Positions 40,451-54,465 of a DNA stretch of 64,000 bases are shown piece after piece. The position numbers were made by a program, and so were the translations under genes. The notes beneath the pieces are model-generated. The model did no database searches. It worked only from the letters and a program-made list of their open reading frames with translations, and was not told where the DNA came from. The DNA comes from Macrostomum hystrix (Eukaryota; Animalia; Platyhelminthes). How positions within the stretch are numbered: position 1 is the stretch's first letter; every line of letters starts with the position of its first letter. Location: the NCBI GenBank assembly GCA_950097015.1, contig CATNEN010000039.1, positions 18,414,001-18,478,000 of the forward strand, read 5' to 3'.

Positions 40451-43400
40451 ATGACATCTGAAAATATCGGAGCAGTAGAAAAGGGTGTCGAAAAGTCACA
40501 AGGAGAAAGGGTGGAAGTCAACCATGTATCAGATAGTCTCACATTATTACTTTATTTAGGCCTTTTAATTGTGTCATTGCTGACGCTTTGGTTATTTAAA
40601 CACAGAAGATTCCGGTATATTCATGAAACAGGTCTAGCTGTCATTTATGGTAAGTATATTTTGGTATCTTATCTATCTTATCTATTGTATTTATTGTTGT
40701 TGTAGGTTATTATTTTTAATTTTATGCAGTCCTAAATTAAAATTAAGTATCTTATGTTATAATAGCTAGCTTGAAAAGTAAGGCAAAAAAGAAGTATTAT
40801 GGGCATAGGACTAGTCTAGTCTTCAAAATGTAGGCCTACAAAGTGTAGGGGCCTATTCACTATAATAAATTGAGTGTGGATCTATATTCTTAATATTCTT
40901 GCAAGCTTAGAATTTCGCTTTCAAATGCCAGCAAAATTAACACAAAGTAGAGCCAATTTTTTATCTCAAATCAATAAACATTAAATTTAATATAGCCATT
41001 ATTATATAAAATTGCACATTTTCTCTTATCTGTTGCATGTCTGCCTTGTCATTATTTATTCAGTTTTTTCTTATTGAACATTTTAAGTGATTCAATTTAA
41101 AGAAATAAGTTGCTAATATGAGAATTTACATTAAACCAGCTAAATTTTTATCATCATTGTATTGTACTTTTTCAATGCTCTATTTTGCACCCTAATGGAG
41201 CAAATTTAAAGAAGCTGCGGACACTCCTGCTAGGCGCGCAAGTGCGCAGTTGCTTTCAAGAAAAAGAGTGCAAATCCGCAATTGCTATATATCTTCAGTC
41301 TAACTCAATGTAGTAATTGATTTCACGAAAAAATGTCAAAATACCTTTTTTATCTCTGTAGTGTATTTCTATAATTAGAACAGCTAAGCTTGTATTTTCA
41401 CACTCAGGCACTGCGGAGCAAGGGCGCACTGTTTGTTATACATCTACATACTTATAACAACTTTACACACACAAGGTGCGGCTGTGTTGACAGGAATTTC
41501 TTTCTGCGCAGCTATGCAGGCAATTTTTCACAAGCGTGCCGGACACTGTCCACAAAAACCCTTATTGGCTCCAATAGGGATTTTGCATGGTTTGCAATGT
41601 GGTTTAGGTTTGGTGCATAGTGCATAATTTTGGTGGTCAAAATTATTTTAATGCACAATCACTTACTATTGTGACTATAGACAAGGTGCTAAGATAGATT
41701 TTGATATATGTTGTCATAAAGCCAAGGCCTCATTTTAAACTTATTCTATTTACTCCTATTTTCTTGACTATTGTATATAACAAGTGAGAACATTTACTTA
41801 TTCCCATTGAATGCTAGAATGCTATGCACACACACATGTGTGTGCATAGACCCTACCCCAAATTAGTGTGGCCTTGTTGCAGAATCCAGCTTAGGTAACT
41901 TGGTGAGACAGTCAATATGAGATCACTGTGCCACTCACCTCTTACTAAGGTATTCATTTTTTTTCTAAATATGTTCTAGGCATTTCTAGTTAATCATTTA
42001 TGTTATTCAGTTCATGCTGTTTTTTAGTAGCTAGACTAGACCCCTATATAAATAGTTCTTTTTTTCCATAGATTTAGTTTTTGTTGATATTTTCTGTAGT
42101 TAACAAACTTGAACATAAATATAGTTTTTTAACAGGGCTTATAACTCTATCTTCCTCTCTCTTTTGGTAGCATATTCTTCTGGCCAATATTATTCCTTCT
42201 TTCTCTCTAACTCTGTGTGTTGCCCCTTATTCTTTTTCTGGTGGCCTTGACAAGGGCCATTTGAACTCCACAAATCTTACTTTGTGGGTCTGCTTAAGGT
42301 AGTGCTTGCACTGGCATGAGTGGTGTATTCTTTTGAGGCACTGGTCTCTTATTCTTCAGTCTTTACTGGGCATTTATCCAAGATTAGAGGGTCACAGCCT
42401 CAATATCATGCTTTGTCTATATACTCAGAACTAGCGCCTTATTAAATTGACTAACATAACAACTTCACTTATTAAGGATTATTCTCAGTTATTGCCTTAT
42501 TGTTCAGGCTCACTGGTGAGTTATATTTTTGCATCAGACTTCTCTCCTTTTATACTGTTTTGTGAGTTACATATGTTTCAATAAAAGTAATTTCCTAAAA
42601 TGTATAAAATATTCAGAATTTACTGTACTGAAGATACAGGATATTCAGATTTTTTTAGTGTGGATTTAACTATAAAACATAATAGAGTATTAAACTGCCA
42701 CAGTTAATATATATTTTAGATTTTACCCATTTTATAGCTTTTAACTCATTACTAAAAAGCCAAACATTGAGATCATATTTAAGGGGAACATTTTTAGCAC
42801 ATGAGTACAACACCTAATTCCCATTTGCTTTATGTGAAAGGGAGAGTTCAGTGAAAATTTTGAACCTTATTTTGACTCCAACTCAGTGAATTTTTTTGGC
42901 ATTCTGAATCTATTCTAATTTTTAATTTTAAATTTTCTTTTTCCAAGCTAAAAAATCTTACTCATAACCAGTTCATATTATTACAATTTATAAAAAGTAT
43001 AATGTCACCTTAGCCATCAAACTGGATCACAGCATTAGTGGTTCTAGAAATTGGGCTAAATGTGGTCTTGCAATTCATTTATTGAACAGCTATACACTAT
43101 ATTATTGCAGGTACACACCACTATATAATATTGAAAAAGCAAAATAGAAAAAGTTTTTTTGCATAAATTTGTTTTTTATTTAACAAAAAATTTTAACGCA
43201 TGATGGAAATAAAATGCAGTAAATCTTAAGATGTTAAGTATTGTGCATAAATATAAAGTTTAGGATTCTATGGCCATTATATTAAGTGTATTAATGTACA
43301 AATGTACAGCTGCAACTGTTGTTATTGTGATTCTTATATCTTAGCTATTGTTTCAATATTTGATGGTGTTTAAGTAATATATAGTACAATCTCTGTCACT

Positions 43401-46400
43401 CTTTGGATGTATTGTGCAATATCTAAAGCTGTTCATCTGCCCAATCAGGTTAGTTTTGATGAAATACTCAAAACAGAATCTCAATATAAATATATAAATT
43501 GTCAGCTAGCATAACTCTTAAGCCATTATGTCCCTTGTTATCAACGAAACTCATCATTCGATTAGAGTAGAGTATCAAATGTCTGTTGCCACATGTTCTC
43601 CATTATTTTCTGTCTAGCTGACCATACCACATTCCATTCAATCATTTTAGCTTGATAGTTTGTTTAAAAATTTCAATAGTACACTTGTACTCTAAAGGGC
43701 ATGTCTAGGGGGTAGGTGGCAGAGCGTTTGCCTCTTGCACCATGGTCCCTATGTTAGATTCCTTGGCGATGCCACATTTATATGGAGCGCAGCCGCAGAG
43801 AGATGGTTTGGGGGCTTGTCGTGCAATTTACACCCTTGATGGCCAACCTTCATGGAACAGCGAAAGTGTATGCTGCCTGACAATGAGAAGAAAGTCAGGG
43901 CAGATGTACACACCTGTGTGAGCCTGTGCCTGTGTATGGTTTCTGTGTGCGTGTGTGCTCAGGAGTAAGCAAAATGGGCAGTATTGCCTCCTAGCTGGCT
44001 GTGGGTCTAGTGTCACCTAATAATGGATGTGCCATTGCCTGCAGCTTGCATAAATTTTTTTATAAGGGCGTGTCTATTTCTAATCTATAGATAATATTAC
44101 AAAGATAGCATTAAATGTTTTATGGTTTCGTTTACACGTTCAAGTCCAACCGTTGGTTTAGTTCTAGCGCAGGCACACTTAATTGATTGTCTTGTCTGAT
44201 TCATTTTATCTACAAAACATTACAAAAAAGCAAAAATGTTTCCGTTTCTAATTGGAATCCAGGTCTCATTGTGGGTGCAATCATTCGGTATAGCTCTAAG
44301 CCGAGAGAGATCAGCATTCGTATTTTTAATCTGGTTAATGGTCGTACCGACTTTGATTATGCTGCATCGGCTGCTATGCCGTTGCAAAGTAACTTAACAC
44401 CGGCGTCGACTGCACATTCAGTTGTTGATTCGCTGCCGCCTGAAAAGGTGCGAATTTGATGTAGAATTGGCACAAAAATACGAATAATTCTAAGATGCTT
44501 TTGATTACTTCTATAATTGAGGCTCGAGTCGATCGCTACTTCAGTCTCTATTCAGCATCTTCGGCACTCCTTCAGGCTCCGTTAAGCCACTCCTTCAGGC
44601 TCCATTCAGCCAGTCCTTCAGGCTCCGTTCAGCCACTCCTTCAGGCTCCGTTTAGCCACTCCTTCAGGCTCCCTTCAGCCTCTCTTTCATGATCCAATCA
44701 GTTTCTCTCTTAGGTCCCATCTATGACCTTATTTGACCCACTCCCTTATTACTTATTCGCCACTTGTAGGTGTTATTGAGCATGATGGAATTGAGCAATT
44801 CAATCAATCACACCCGAGTATATGAGTACGACTATGCCAGACGAATGCACAACAGCGAATTCAACGCCCCGGCGTTTGGCGACAAGGCCACATTTAACCC
44901 GGAAGTTTTCTTCCACGTTATTCTGCCGCCAATTATTTTCTGCGCCGGCTACAGCATGAAAAGGGTGAGGCGGACGATTATTAGGGTCAATTATATCCTC
45001 AGATTAATCACCAGTATTGCCAGATCCTCAGATTGGATTACCCTATCCTTAGATTAGATCCTAACATTAAGGTCGCGATATACACTGCAGTCGCCACTTA
45101 TTAATTCCTATTTCAGAAGCACTTTTTTAGTAACATCGGCGCAATATTAACTTTGGCTTTGGTCGGAACCACAATATCGTGTGCGGCTGTTGGGTAAGTG
45201 CACGTTCGTATTTCTTATGACAGGCAAGTTGATAATTAAGCCAACGAAGTTGAGAATCTGCCTTGCGCAGCTAGCGAGTTTCCCAACCCTTCCGTTGATT
45301 TAGCATCGACTCTCTTGGCCATAGACATAAAAAGGCCAACCAAGTTGATAAAAAGTTGATTCAATGCTTTTCCATGCATATACCTATATACCATAGATTC
45401 TATAAGCAGCGTTTTTCGACCACAGCAGAGAATGTCTGCAGCAACGTCTCTCGCAGATCGCCAGCGCCTGATCGCTGCGATCTGTGTCGACAACTTACAA
45501 AGTCGAAATATAACATAGACTAAAAGGCAGGCTTGTTGTACTTCCGAGTGGCGGATGCCGTGCTGCAACGTGCAAAGCGGATGGTGAAATGATGGAGCAC
45601 CTGCAGCGGCTTCTTGAGGTGAACCCATTCCTTACTCTGAAGCATATGGCAAACAAGCAGGAGGCTCAGCTACATGACGGTCGATCGAATGCTGCACGGC
45701 ATGCTGTACACTCTGAAACTGGGCACCAAAGGCAGCGACATTTGGTGTAGGCAGGAATACACCAACTTCATGATACGCCTTGATCCTCATGTGAACAGAT
45801 AAAACAGGCTTTATCCTGTAGCTTCGGCGGTCCCAAGGCCGTGCAGTGAGGGTTCGTGCAGTAAAAGAGGGGGATTACCACTCAGAGAGGCCCAAATGTA
45901 ACATTATGCATGGCAATATGTTCCTAATTCGTCTTGCTGCACGCCAGACTGGCTCGCTTCCAGCAGTTCATCGACACTTTAATTGAGCTGCGCTCTGAAC
46001 GCGATCCTGATAGGCGGTGGCTGTCTGATAGGCGATCCTATCAGCGCCTATCACCGCCTATCAGCGATCCTGATAGGCGGTGGCTGTCTGATAGGCGATC
46101 CTCCTACGCAACATTTCTGAATCCGTCTGAGCTGACCAACAGCACGCTGAAGGCTGTAAGATTAAAAGTCGCTTGGTTGAGACGGAATTATTGGAGGAGG
46201 AGGCTGCTCCTTCTGAAGGCGTGACACTGGAAGACTGGAGATTCATGCTAATTGAATGAGAAGCCCGCGCGGCCGTAGCTGAAACTTTCACAGCTGTCAA
46301 GGTGGCAGCGTGATGGCTTTATTGCTCTCGCCTGTGGTTTGGACACTAGCTGAAACAAAATAATGCCAGTATATACCATAGACAGCGTGCAATAATGCTC

Positions 46401-48534
46401 CAGTCAATAATACAATAATACAATCCAACCGTCATCGAGCAGATAATAGTGTATTATTGCACGCTCTCTATGGTCCAAGCCACACATTGATTATAAATTA
46501 TGCTGAGTGTCCAAACCATTCGTCGATGTGATAGAAGCACGGCTTTCTCATGCAGCAACGCCATAGACACTCGTGCGCTTCTCGCGCTTGTGTTCTAGGC
46601 GTTGCTGCACTCAAAAGCCGTGTGCTATGTCCTAGACTATTGAAATAGGCATGGAAAAATACTGAGTTCTAAAATTGGTTGGCTTTTTATTAACTTGGTT
46701 GGCCTTTTTTATGTCTATGGCCAAGAGTGTCGATGCTAAATCAACGGAATGGGTGGGAACACTCCCTGACCGCGCAAGGCAGATTCTCAACTTAGTTGGC
46801 TTAAGTTAGCAATACCTAGCCGAATAAGGCAAAATGTTAAAATCTAGTTTTATAAGACTTTAAAAACTATTCTTGTTTTTAGATCCGTTGTCTATGGCTT
46901 TACCCGCCTGAGCAAATCCATGAGTAGCTCCATTTTATTCACTGATTGCCTGCTCTTTGGTGCCACCATATCTGCCACTGATCCAGGTTTGCCTGTTTGT
47001 TATTATTGCTGCACTATCTGTTCTATTCGCGTGCCAATGCCTCGTATCTATCCATCATGATCACTTTATCAATCAACCTATCAGTCTTTATAAAACATGA
47101 ATAATGTCGACCTATTAATTACTCATAGTGGGGTCTCCATTAGACCCCTTATATATTGCAACAAGTTAGTAAGTGTAGACCGAAATAAAGGGCGGACGGT
47201 CAAGAGGGGATCTAGAGTGCAATTTTCGATCAAGAGGAGGAGGACGTCTCCTATCTGAATACAAGCTCCTGAAATATACGGTAGGGTTGCTGCCACCTTA
47301 GTCAGAAGGGTCAATTGTCTCGGAAGACTTCTCGCTCCTTAGACCTAGCGAAGTCTGTGTTTCTGGGCTCTCGATTGTCTTGTATTTATTGACAGTTTAG
47401 ACCCTTCCTGCTCTGCCATTGGCTGGAGCCTTTCAAGCGCTCTCATTGGCTGGAAAGATCAGGCAGGCGGAAATTCCGTGGGCGTTCCAAAACTGCCATG
47501 GAAAAACCGTGCAAATAACGGCCGAAGTTCTCCTATACTGACAACCTTAAGACGCCAACTAATTATTAGCTTATAGGAAGGATAGATCTCAGGAGTGGGA
47601 TCTAAAGATTCTAAGATTAGTAACTAGTGACTCAGTGCATTATCAAACTCTAATAATTGATCAATCAATTATCCCGCAGTGACCGTACTGGCAATTTTCA
47701 ACGACCTAAACGTAGACGTAGATCTCTACGCGCTAGTGTTTGGCGAGAGCGTCCTAAACGACGCCGTAGCGATTGTCCTAGCCCAGTCTGTGGAAAAATA
47801 CGACAGTCTAATAGCTAGCGGCTCCGCATCTGCCAGTGCTCAGAGCGTTGCCATTGTCACATCAATGCTCAGCTTTCTAGGTGTATTCTTTGGCGCGTTG
47901 AGCATCGGCATTGCAATGGGCTGCCTGACGGCATTAATGACCAAATACACTTTGGTTCGCGATCATCCACTGTTAGAGTGCAGCCTATTCATTCTAATGA
48001 GCTACAGTACTTTCCTAGCGGCTGAAGCTGCTAAAAGTACGGGCATTGTGGCTGTACTATTCTGCGGCATTTCTCAGGCGCATTATACCTATAATAATTT
48101 GTCTAGACAGACAAAGACTTCAACAAAGAGCTTCTTCGAATTATTAAACTTTCTAGCTGAGAATTTCATATTTGTCTACATTGGAGTTACAACTTTTACT
48201 TATCGATCCCACGTCTGGGATCCTGTATTTATCGGCGCCGCCTTCGCCGCCATCCTTATTGGTCGCGCGTTGAACGTTTATCCTCTCTGCTGCCTGCTCA
48301 ATCTGGGCAGGCGTAACCGTATTAGCGCCAACAAGATGCACATGCTTATGTTCTCCGGGCTGCGTGGCGCTATGGCCTTCGCTCTGGCTATTCGGAACAC
48401 GTCCACGGACACTAGGAAGATGCTGTTCTCCACAACCCTAGTCATCGTCATCGCCACCGTGCTGCTGTGCGGCGGATTGGCCACCCAGATGCTGAACTGG
48501 CTGCGGCTCCGGTTAGTTAGTCTGTCTGTCTGCC

Positions 48535-48571
<37 letters not shown>

Positions 48572-51500
48572 TTCTGTCAATCTGTCTGTCTGACTGTCTC
48601 TCTGTCTGTCTGTCTGCCTGTCTGTCTGCTATTTGACTGTAAAACTTTCTAGTCTTCAAAATTTCCTCATAATTTATAATGCTCCGAGTCGCTAAAGCTT
48701 TCTTATTATATTATTTAAACATATTTCAGTGTTGGAGTTGAGGGAGATAACGGAACTTTCAATCACGAAGCCGGGACACCTGTAAGTTCAAGCTATTACC
48801 CATTTTTTATGAGAAAGCTCTAACCAATCACTTTTGCAGGCATCCTCATAATAAACCAATTAATCCCCATCTCATCTCATATTTATCCCCACCTAGATAT
48901 TTATCCCCATCACACATTAATTTATACCGATCGTATATCTATTTCTTGCCATCACATATATTTATCCTCATTCCAGATTTATTTATCCCAATCAAATTTC
49001 TATTTATTCTCATTCCATATCTGTTCATCTGCATCCAAAATATATTTATCTCATCGCATATTTAGTAATCCGTATTAAATATATAATTATCCCCATTTCA
49101 ATAGCCAGTTATACCCCCTTCCCAACATCCCATTGAGTAACCAGGTAAAATTTCCCATCTAATTGTCTATCGTGTATTTTTAGGAATCCGACGATGAAAC
49201 ACTCAGTTTGGACAGTTACTGTTTAATTGCTCAGGTAGATTCGTTTAGGAATTTCAGAGGACAAACACACCTTAGAGTTGAATTTTAGCTCATTATTAAC
49301 ACGGTGGAGGTATTTTATTGATTAAAATCTTATATTTTTCTCAACCTAGAATTGCAGCCGGTCTGCATTTTGGTAACATTTAATTACCATTTACCGTAGT
49401 TGTTAACCAGTTACATTGTTATTAACCAATTAAAATCGTTTATGCAATATATAACAATATGATTAGCAAAACTTCTCTAATAATTTTTTTGGCAAACCGT
49501 AAAATGAATATATAATTTCAAGTAGTTATATTTATTGAGCTAATCAGTAACCCAACAATTTTAACAATACCTATTTGATTTGAAACGCAAATAATTAATT
49601 TTTAGCAAATATTGTCACTTTACATTTTCGTGTCCTTACTGTATTGTTGTTAGTAGCTAATTATGGGCATCAGTATCCGTATTATTTATTGATTAAATTC
49701 CCAGAGCCCTGGAGGAGATTGCGCGGGCTTAGAGGATGCTAGCGACATTGCACAGTCGCCAGTGATCACGACGCGAGGTCGTTGCCGACCCTGCGAACAC
49801 AAATATCAGGGACGATTGGCCAAGTTCTGGCACAAGCTGGACACGAGGTGAGTCACGACTCTACAGCACATTTAGACAGCACTAAACCAAACAGGGCAAA
49901 CCTGAACCTGAAATGACAATCCTGGACCCAGAACGACAATCATGAACCTGAAATGACAATCCTGGACCCAAAACGACAATCCTGAACCCGAAATGACAAT
50001 CCTGGACCCAGAACGACAATCCTGAACCTGAAATGACAAACCTGAACCTGAAGTGACAAACCTGAGCCCAAAACGACAAACCTGAGCCCGAAATGACAAA
50101 CCTGAACCTGAAATTACAAAACTGAACCTGAAATGACAAACCTGAGCTTGAAATGACAAACCCAATCCCGAAATGACAAACCTGAACCCGAAGTGACACA
50201 TCTGAACCTGAAATGACAATCCTGAACCCGAAATGACAAACATGAACCCGAAATGACACATCTGAACCTGAAATGACAATCCTGAACCCATAATGACAAA
50301 CCTAAACTTGAAATGACAATGCTGAATCCTAAATGACAATTCTGGACCCAAAATGATAGAAATGAAGTTAAAATTTAAATCGTAGACCCAAAATGACAAT
50401 CCCGAGCCAAAAAGATCAGTAGCACATAACCTGAAAACTGTAGCACATAATCTGAAAACTGTAGCACATAACCTGAAAACTGTAGCACATAACCTGAAAA
50501 CTGTAGCACATAACCTGAAAACTGTAGCACATAATCTGAAAACTGTAGCACATAACCTGAAAACTGTAGCACATAATCTGAAAACTGTAGCACATAATCT
50601 GAAAACTGTAGCACATAATCTGAAAACTGTAGCACATAATCTGAAAACTGTAGCACATAATCTGAAAACTGTAGCACATAACCTGAAAACTGTAGCACAT
50701 AATCTGAAAACTGTAGCACATAATCTGAAAACTGTAGCACATAATCTGAAAACTGTAGCACATAACCTGAAAACTGTAGCAGATAATCTGAAAACTGTAG
50801 CACATAACCTGAAAACTGTAGCAGATAATCTGAAAACTGTAGCACATAATCTGAAAACTGTAGCACATAATCTGAAAACTGTAGCACATAATCTGAAAAC
50901 TGTAGCACATAATCTGAAAACTGTAGCACATAATCTGAAAACTGTAGCACATAACCTGAAAACTGTAGCACATAATCTGAAAACTGTAGCACATAACCTG
51001 AAAACTGTAGCACATAATCTGAAAACTGTAGCACATAATCTGAAAACTGTAGCAGATAAATTTTTACGAGTTAAAAATTCATTTTACTAACAATTGATTT
51101 GTGCGCCTCTGTGTGATTGTGTTATCGCACTTACGCAGCATCAGTCGCCATAGAATCAACGTAATTAAAATCCTATTTTCAGGTACCTGAAGCCGCTGTT
51201 CACTCACGCCAGACCCCTGCTGACTGAGACCTGCCCACCAGTCTGTCTGCCATTGGCCCGCCTGCTCACCACCAATGAGCAACTGACATTGGTGAGTGGC
51301 TTTTCAGATAAGAGTGTTATGGTTTTTTTTAGATAGTTTTCTGATAGCTGGTGAGTAGTGTTTTATGATAGCTGGTGAGTAGTGTTTTATGATAGCTGGT
51401 GAGTAGTGTTATGTGATAGCTGGTGAGTAGTGTTATGTGATAGCTGGTGAGTAGTGTTATGTGATAGCTGGTGAGCAGTGTTATGTGATAGCTGGTGAGT

Positions 51501-51888
51501 AGTGTTATGTGATAGCTGGTGAGTAGTGTTATGTGATAGCTGGTGAGTAGTGTTATGTGATAGCTGGTGAGTAGTGTTATGTGATAGCTGGTGAGTAGTG
51601 TTATGTGATAGCTGGTGAGCAGTGTTTTCTGACTCCACCCTCTGCATTCCGCATCTGTCGCAGGCATCGGTGAATCGCGATCTAATATCGACAAGTCGCA
51701 TGGAAGACGAACAGTCGATCATTTCTGTCGAACCAGCGGTGGCCTCCAATGCCACACCAGAGGCAAGTGACATGGGCATAGCTAGCCAAACCTATTCGTC
51801 TGGTCAATTTGACATTACGGCCGTTGATTCAACGCCATCTCCGGGCGCCCTAGCCTTCGTGGACTGTTACGATGGACATATTGTTTAG
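40451..51888 (+). CDS. Endosomal Na+/H+ exchanger, SLC9A6/7/9 (NHE6/7/9)-like (about 723 aa, 11 exons)
   Basis: Exons 40451-40649, 44263-44447, 44770-44964, 45117-45193, 46883-46986, 47680-48511, 48730-48781, 49184-49234, 49705-49847, 51183-51291, 51664-51888. Motifs [83 protein letters not shown]. An upstream signal-peptide exon may be missing; small exons 7-8 are less certain. Confidence 0.93.
43705..44045 (+). mobile_element. tRNA-derived SINE family A in NHE intron 1
   Basis: Degenerate A/B boxes (TGGCAGAGCG; GTTAGATTCC) followed by body homologous to 37385-37690. Confidence 0.8.
45236..46804 (+). mobile_element. Non-autonomous IS630/Tc1/mariner-type DNA transposon with about 120-bp TIRs in NHE intron 4
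   Basis: 45240-45355 is an imperfect reverse complement of 46685-46800; TTAA at both ends (45236-39, 46801-04); internal decayed frames [33 protein letters not shown] parallel the 4332-4774 remnant. Confidence 0.85.
48520..48628. repeat. (TGTC)n microsatellite, NHE intron 6
   Basis: Direct reading. Confidence 0.92.
49895..50410. repeat. 20-bp minisatellite, NHE intron 9
   Basis: CCTGAACCTGAAATGACAAT-like units. Confidence 0.92.
50420..51057. repeat. 21-bp minisatellite, NHE intron 9
   Basis: About 30 copies of TAGCACATAA(T/C)CTGAAAACTG. Confidence 0.97.
51342..51625. repeat. 24-bp minisatellite containing TG|GTGAGT, NHE intron 10
   Basis: 12 copies of GATAGCTGGTGAG(T/C)AGTGTTATGT. Confidence 0.96.
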
Positions 51889-51929
51889 ATATATAAAAAA
51901 CTGTTTTGATAAAATCAAAAGACTGCGTA

Positions 51930-52118
51930 CAGCTGTTCAGTCCATGGACTGAGGGAGACGACGATCGCACCATAATTTCTACCCCAGCTGATGCTGGTTC
52001 TCATTTTACAGCTGGGTGAACTGTATCACTAGAGATTAATTACTTTTTATTTCTACTTTATCCAAGATTTGAACCTCTGACCTCTCGGTTAGAGGTTCAA
52101 CACTTTAACCGAAGCGCC
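51930..52118 (-). mobile_element. tRNA-derived SINE family B with Nin/Deu-like core
   Basis: Minus strand: tRNA-like head GGCGCTTCGGTTAAAGTG..GGTTCAAATC then CAGTTCACCCAGCTGTAAAATGAGAACCAGC; partial related copy at about 35940-36012. Confidence 0.65.
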
Positions 52119-52507
52119 TTTACTTTATTGTTTCTAGTTTTTCTTTTATTTACATTTTTAAAATATATCAATGGCTGTTCTCTACTCAAAACAACTGATG
52201 GCGCCTTTCATGATTTGATTAGCATCTTAGTATCTCCAAAACTAGCTATACCTATAGCCAGCTAGTACACCGCTATTGTGTACTTTTATTTGTCATGAAC
52301 TTATTTTCTCTAGTTTTAATTTGTTTACTTTTGGGACTATGTTTGTCCACTTCTTATTAGCAGTTATGTTACTGGTACAGTCCAACACATTGAGTTGTGT
52401 ATTTTTAACATTTTTTGCTTCTGCCTAATACTCCACTAGTTATATTGCTATGTGCCACATTGAACATTTCTCTTTTCTCTTTGTGATACTTAATTTTTTT
52501 AAACTAT

Positions 52508-54465
52508 ACACTCCGACTGTCTAAATCCCACACTCAGACTGGTCTCAATCCCACACTCAGACTGGTCTCAATCCCACACTCTGACTGGTGTCAATCCCAT
52601 ACTCAGACTGGTCTCAATCCCACACTCAGACTGGTCTCAATCCCACACTCAGACTGGTCTCAATCCCACACTCAGACTGGTCTCAATCCCACACTCCGAC
52701 TGTCTAAATCCCACACTCAGACTGGTCTCAATCCCACACTCAGACTGGTCTCAATTCCATACTCAGACTGGTCTCAATCCCACACTCAGACTGGTCTCAA
52801 TCCCACACTCAGACTGGTCTCAATCCCACACTCAGACTGGTCTCAATTCCACACTCTGACTGGTCTCAATCCCACACTCAGACTGGTCTCAATCCCACAC
52901 TCAGACTGGTCTCAATCCCACACCCTGATTGGTCTCAATCCCATACTCAGACTGGTCTCAATCCCACACTCAGACTGGTCTCAATCCCACACTCAGACTG
53001 GTCTCAATTCCATACTCAGACTGGTCTCAATCCCACACTCCGACTGTCTAAATCCCACACTCAGACTGGTCTCAATCCCACACTCAGACTGGTCTCAATT
53101 CCATACTCAGACTGGTCTCAATCCCACACTCAGACTGGTCTCAATCCCACACCCTGACTGGTCTCAATCCCATACTCAGACTGGTCTCAATCCCACACTC
53201 AGACTGGTCTCAATCCCACACTCAGACTGGTCTCAATCCCACACTCAGACTGGTCTCAATCCCACACTCTGACTGGTCTCAATCCCACACTCAGACTGGT
53301 CTCAATCCCACACTCTGACTGGTCTCAATCCCACACTCAGACTGGTCTCGATCCCACACTCCGACTGGTCTCAATCCCACACTCAGACTGGTCTCAATCC
53401 CACACTCAGACTGGTCTCAATCCCACACTCAGACTGGTCTCAATCCCACACTCTGAATGGTCTCAATCCCACACTCAGACTGGTCTCAATCCCACACTCC
53501 GACTGGTCTCAATCCCACACTCAGACTGGTCTCAATCCTACACTCAGACTGGTCTCAATCCCACACTCTGACTGGTCTCAATTCCACACTCTGACTGGTC
53601 TCAATCCCACACTCAGACTGGTCTCAATCCCACACTCAGACTGGTCTCAATCCCACACTCAGACTGGTCTCAATCCCACACTCTGACTGGTCTCAATCCC
53701 ACACTCTGACTGGTCTCAATCCCACACTCTGACTGGTCTCAATCCCACACTCCGACTGGTCTCAATCCCACACTCTGACTGGTCTCAATCCCACACTCTG
53801 ACTGGTCTCAATCCCACACCCTGACTGGTCTCAATCCCACACTCAGACTGGTCTCAATCCCACACTCAGACTGGTCTCAATCCCACACTCTGAATGGTCT
53901 CAATCCCACACTCAGACTGGTCTCAATCCCACACTCCGACTGGTCTCAATCCCACACTCAGACTGGTCTCAATCCTACACTCAGACTGGTCTCAATCCCA
54001 CACTCTGACTGGTCTCAATTCCACACTCTGACTGGTCTCAATCCCACACTCTGACTGGTCTCAATCCCACACTCAGACTGGTCTCGATCCCACACTCCGA
54101 CTGGTCTCAATCCCACACTCAGACTGGTCTCAATCCCACACTCCGACTGGTCTCAATCCCACACTCTGACTGGTCTCAATCCCACACTCTGACTGGTCTC
54201 AATCCCACACTCCGACTGTCTAAATCCCACACTCAGACTGGTCTCAATCCCACACTCTGACTGGTCTCAATCCCACACCCTGACTGGTCTCAATCCCACA
54301 CTCAGACTGGTCTCAATCCCACACTCCGACTGTCTAAATCCCACACTCAGACTGGTCTCAATCCCACACTCTGACTGGTCTCAATCCCACACCCTGACTG
54401 GTCTCAATCCCACACTCTGACTGGTCTCAATCCCATACTCCGACTGGTCTCAATCCCATACTCAA
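52508..54465. repeat. 23-bp tandem satellite
   Basis: About 85 copies of TCCCACACTCAGACTGGTCTCAA. Confidence 0.98.

Noticed and set aside
49872-51779. Minus-strand repetitive ORFs inside NHE introns
   Set aside because: Translations of 20-, 21- and 24-bp minisatellites.
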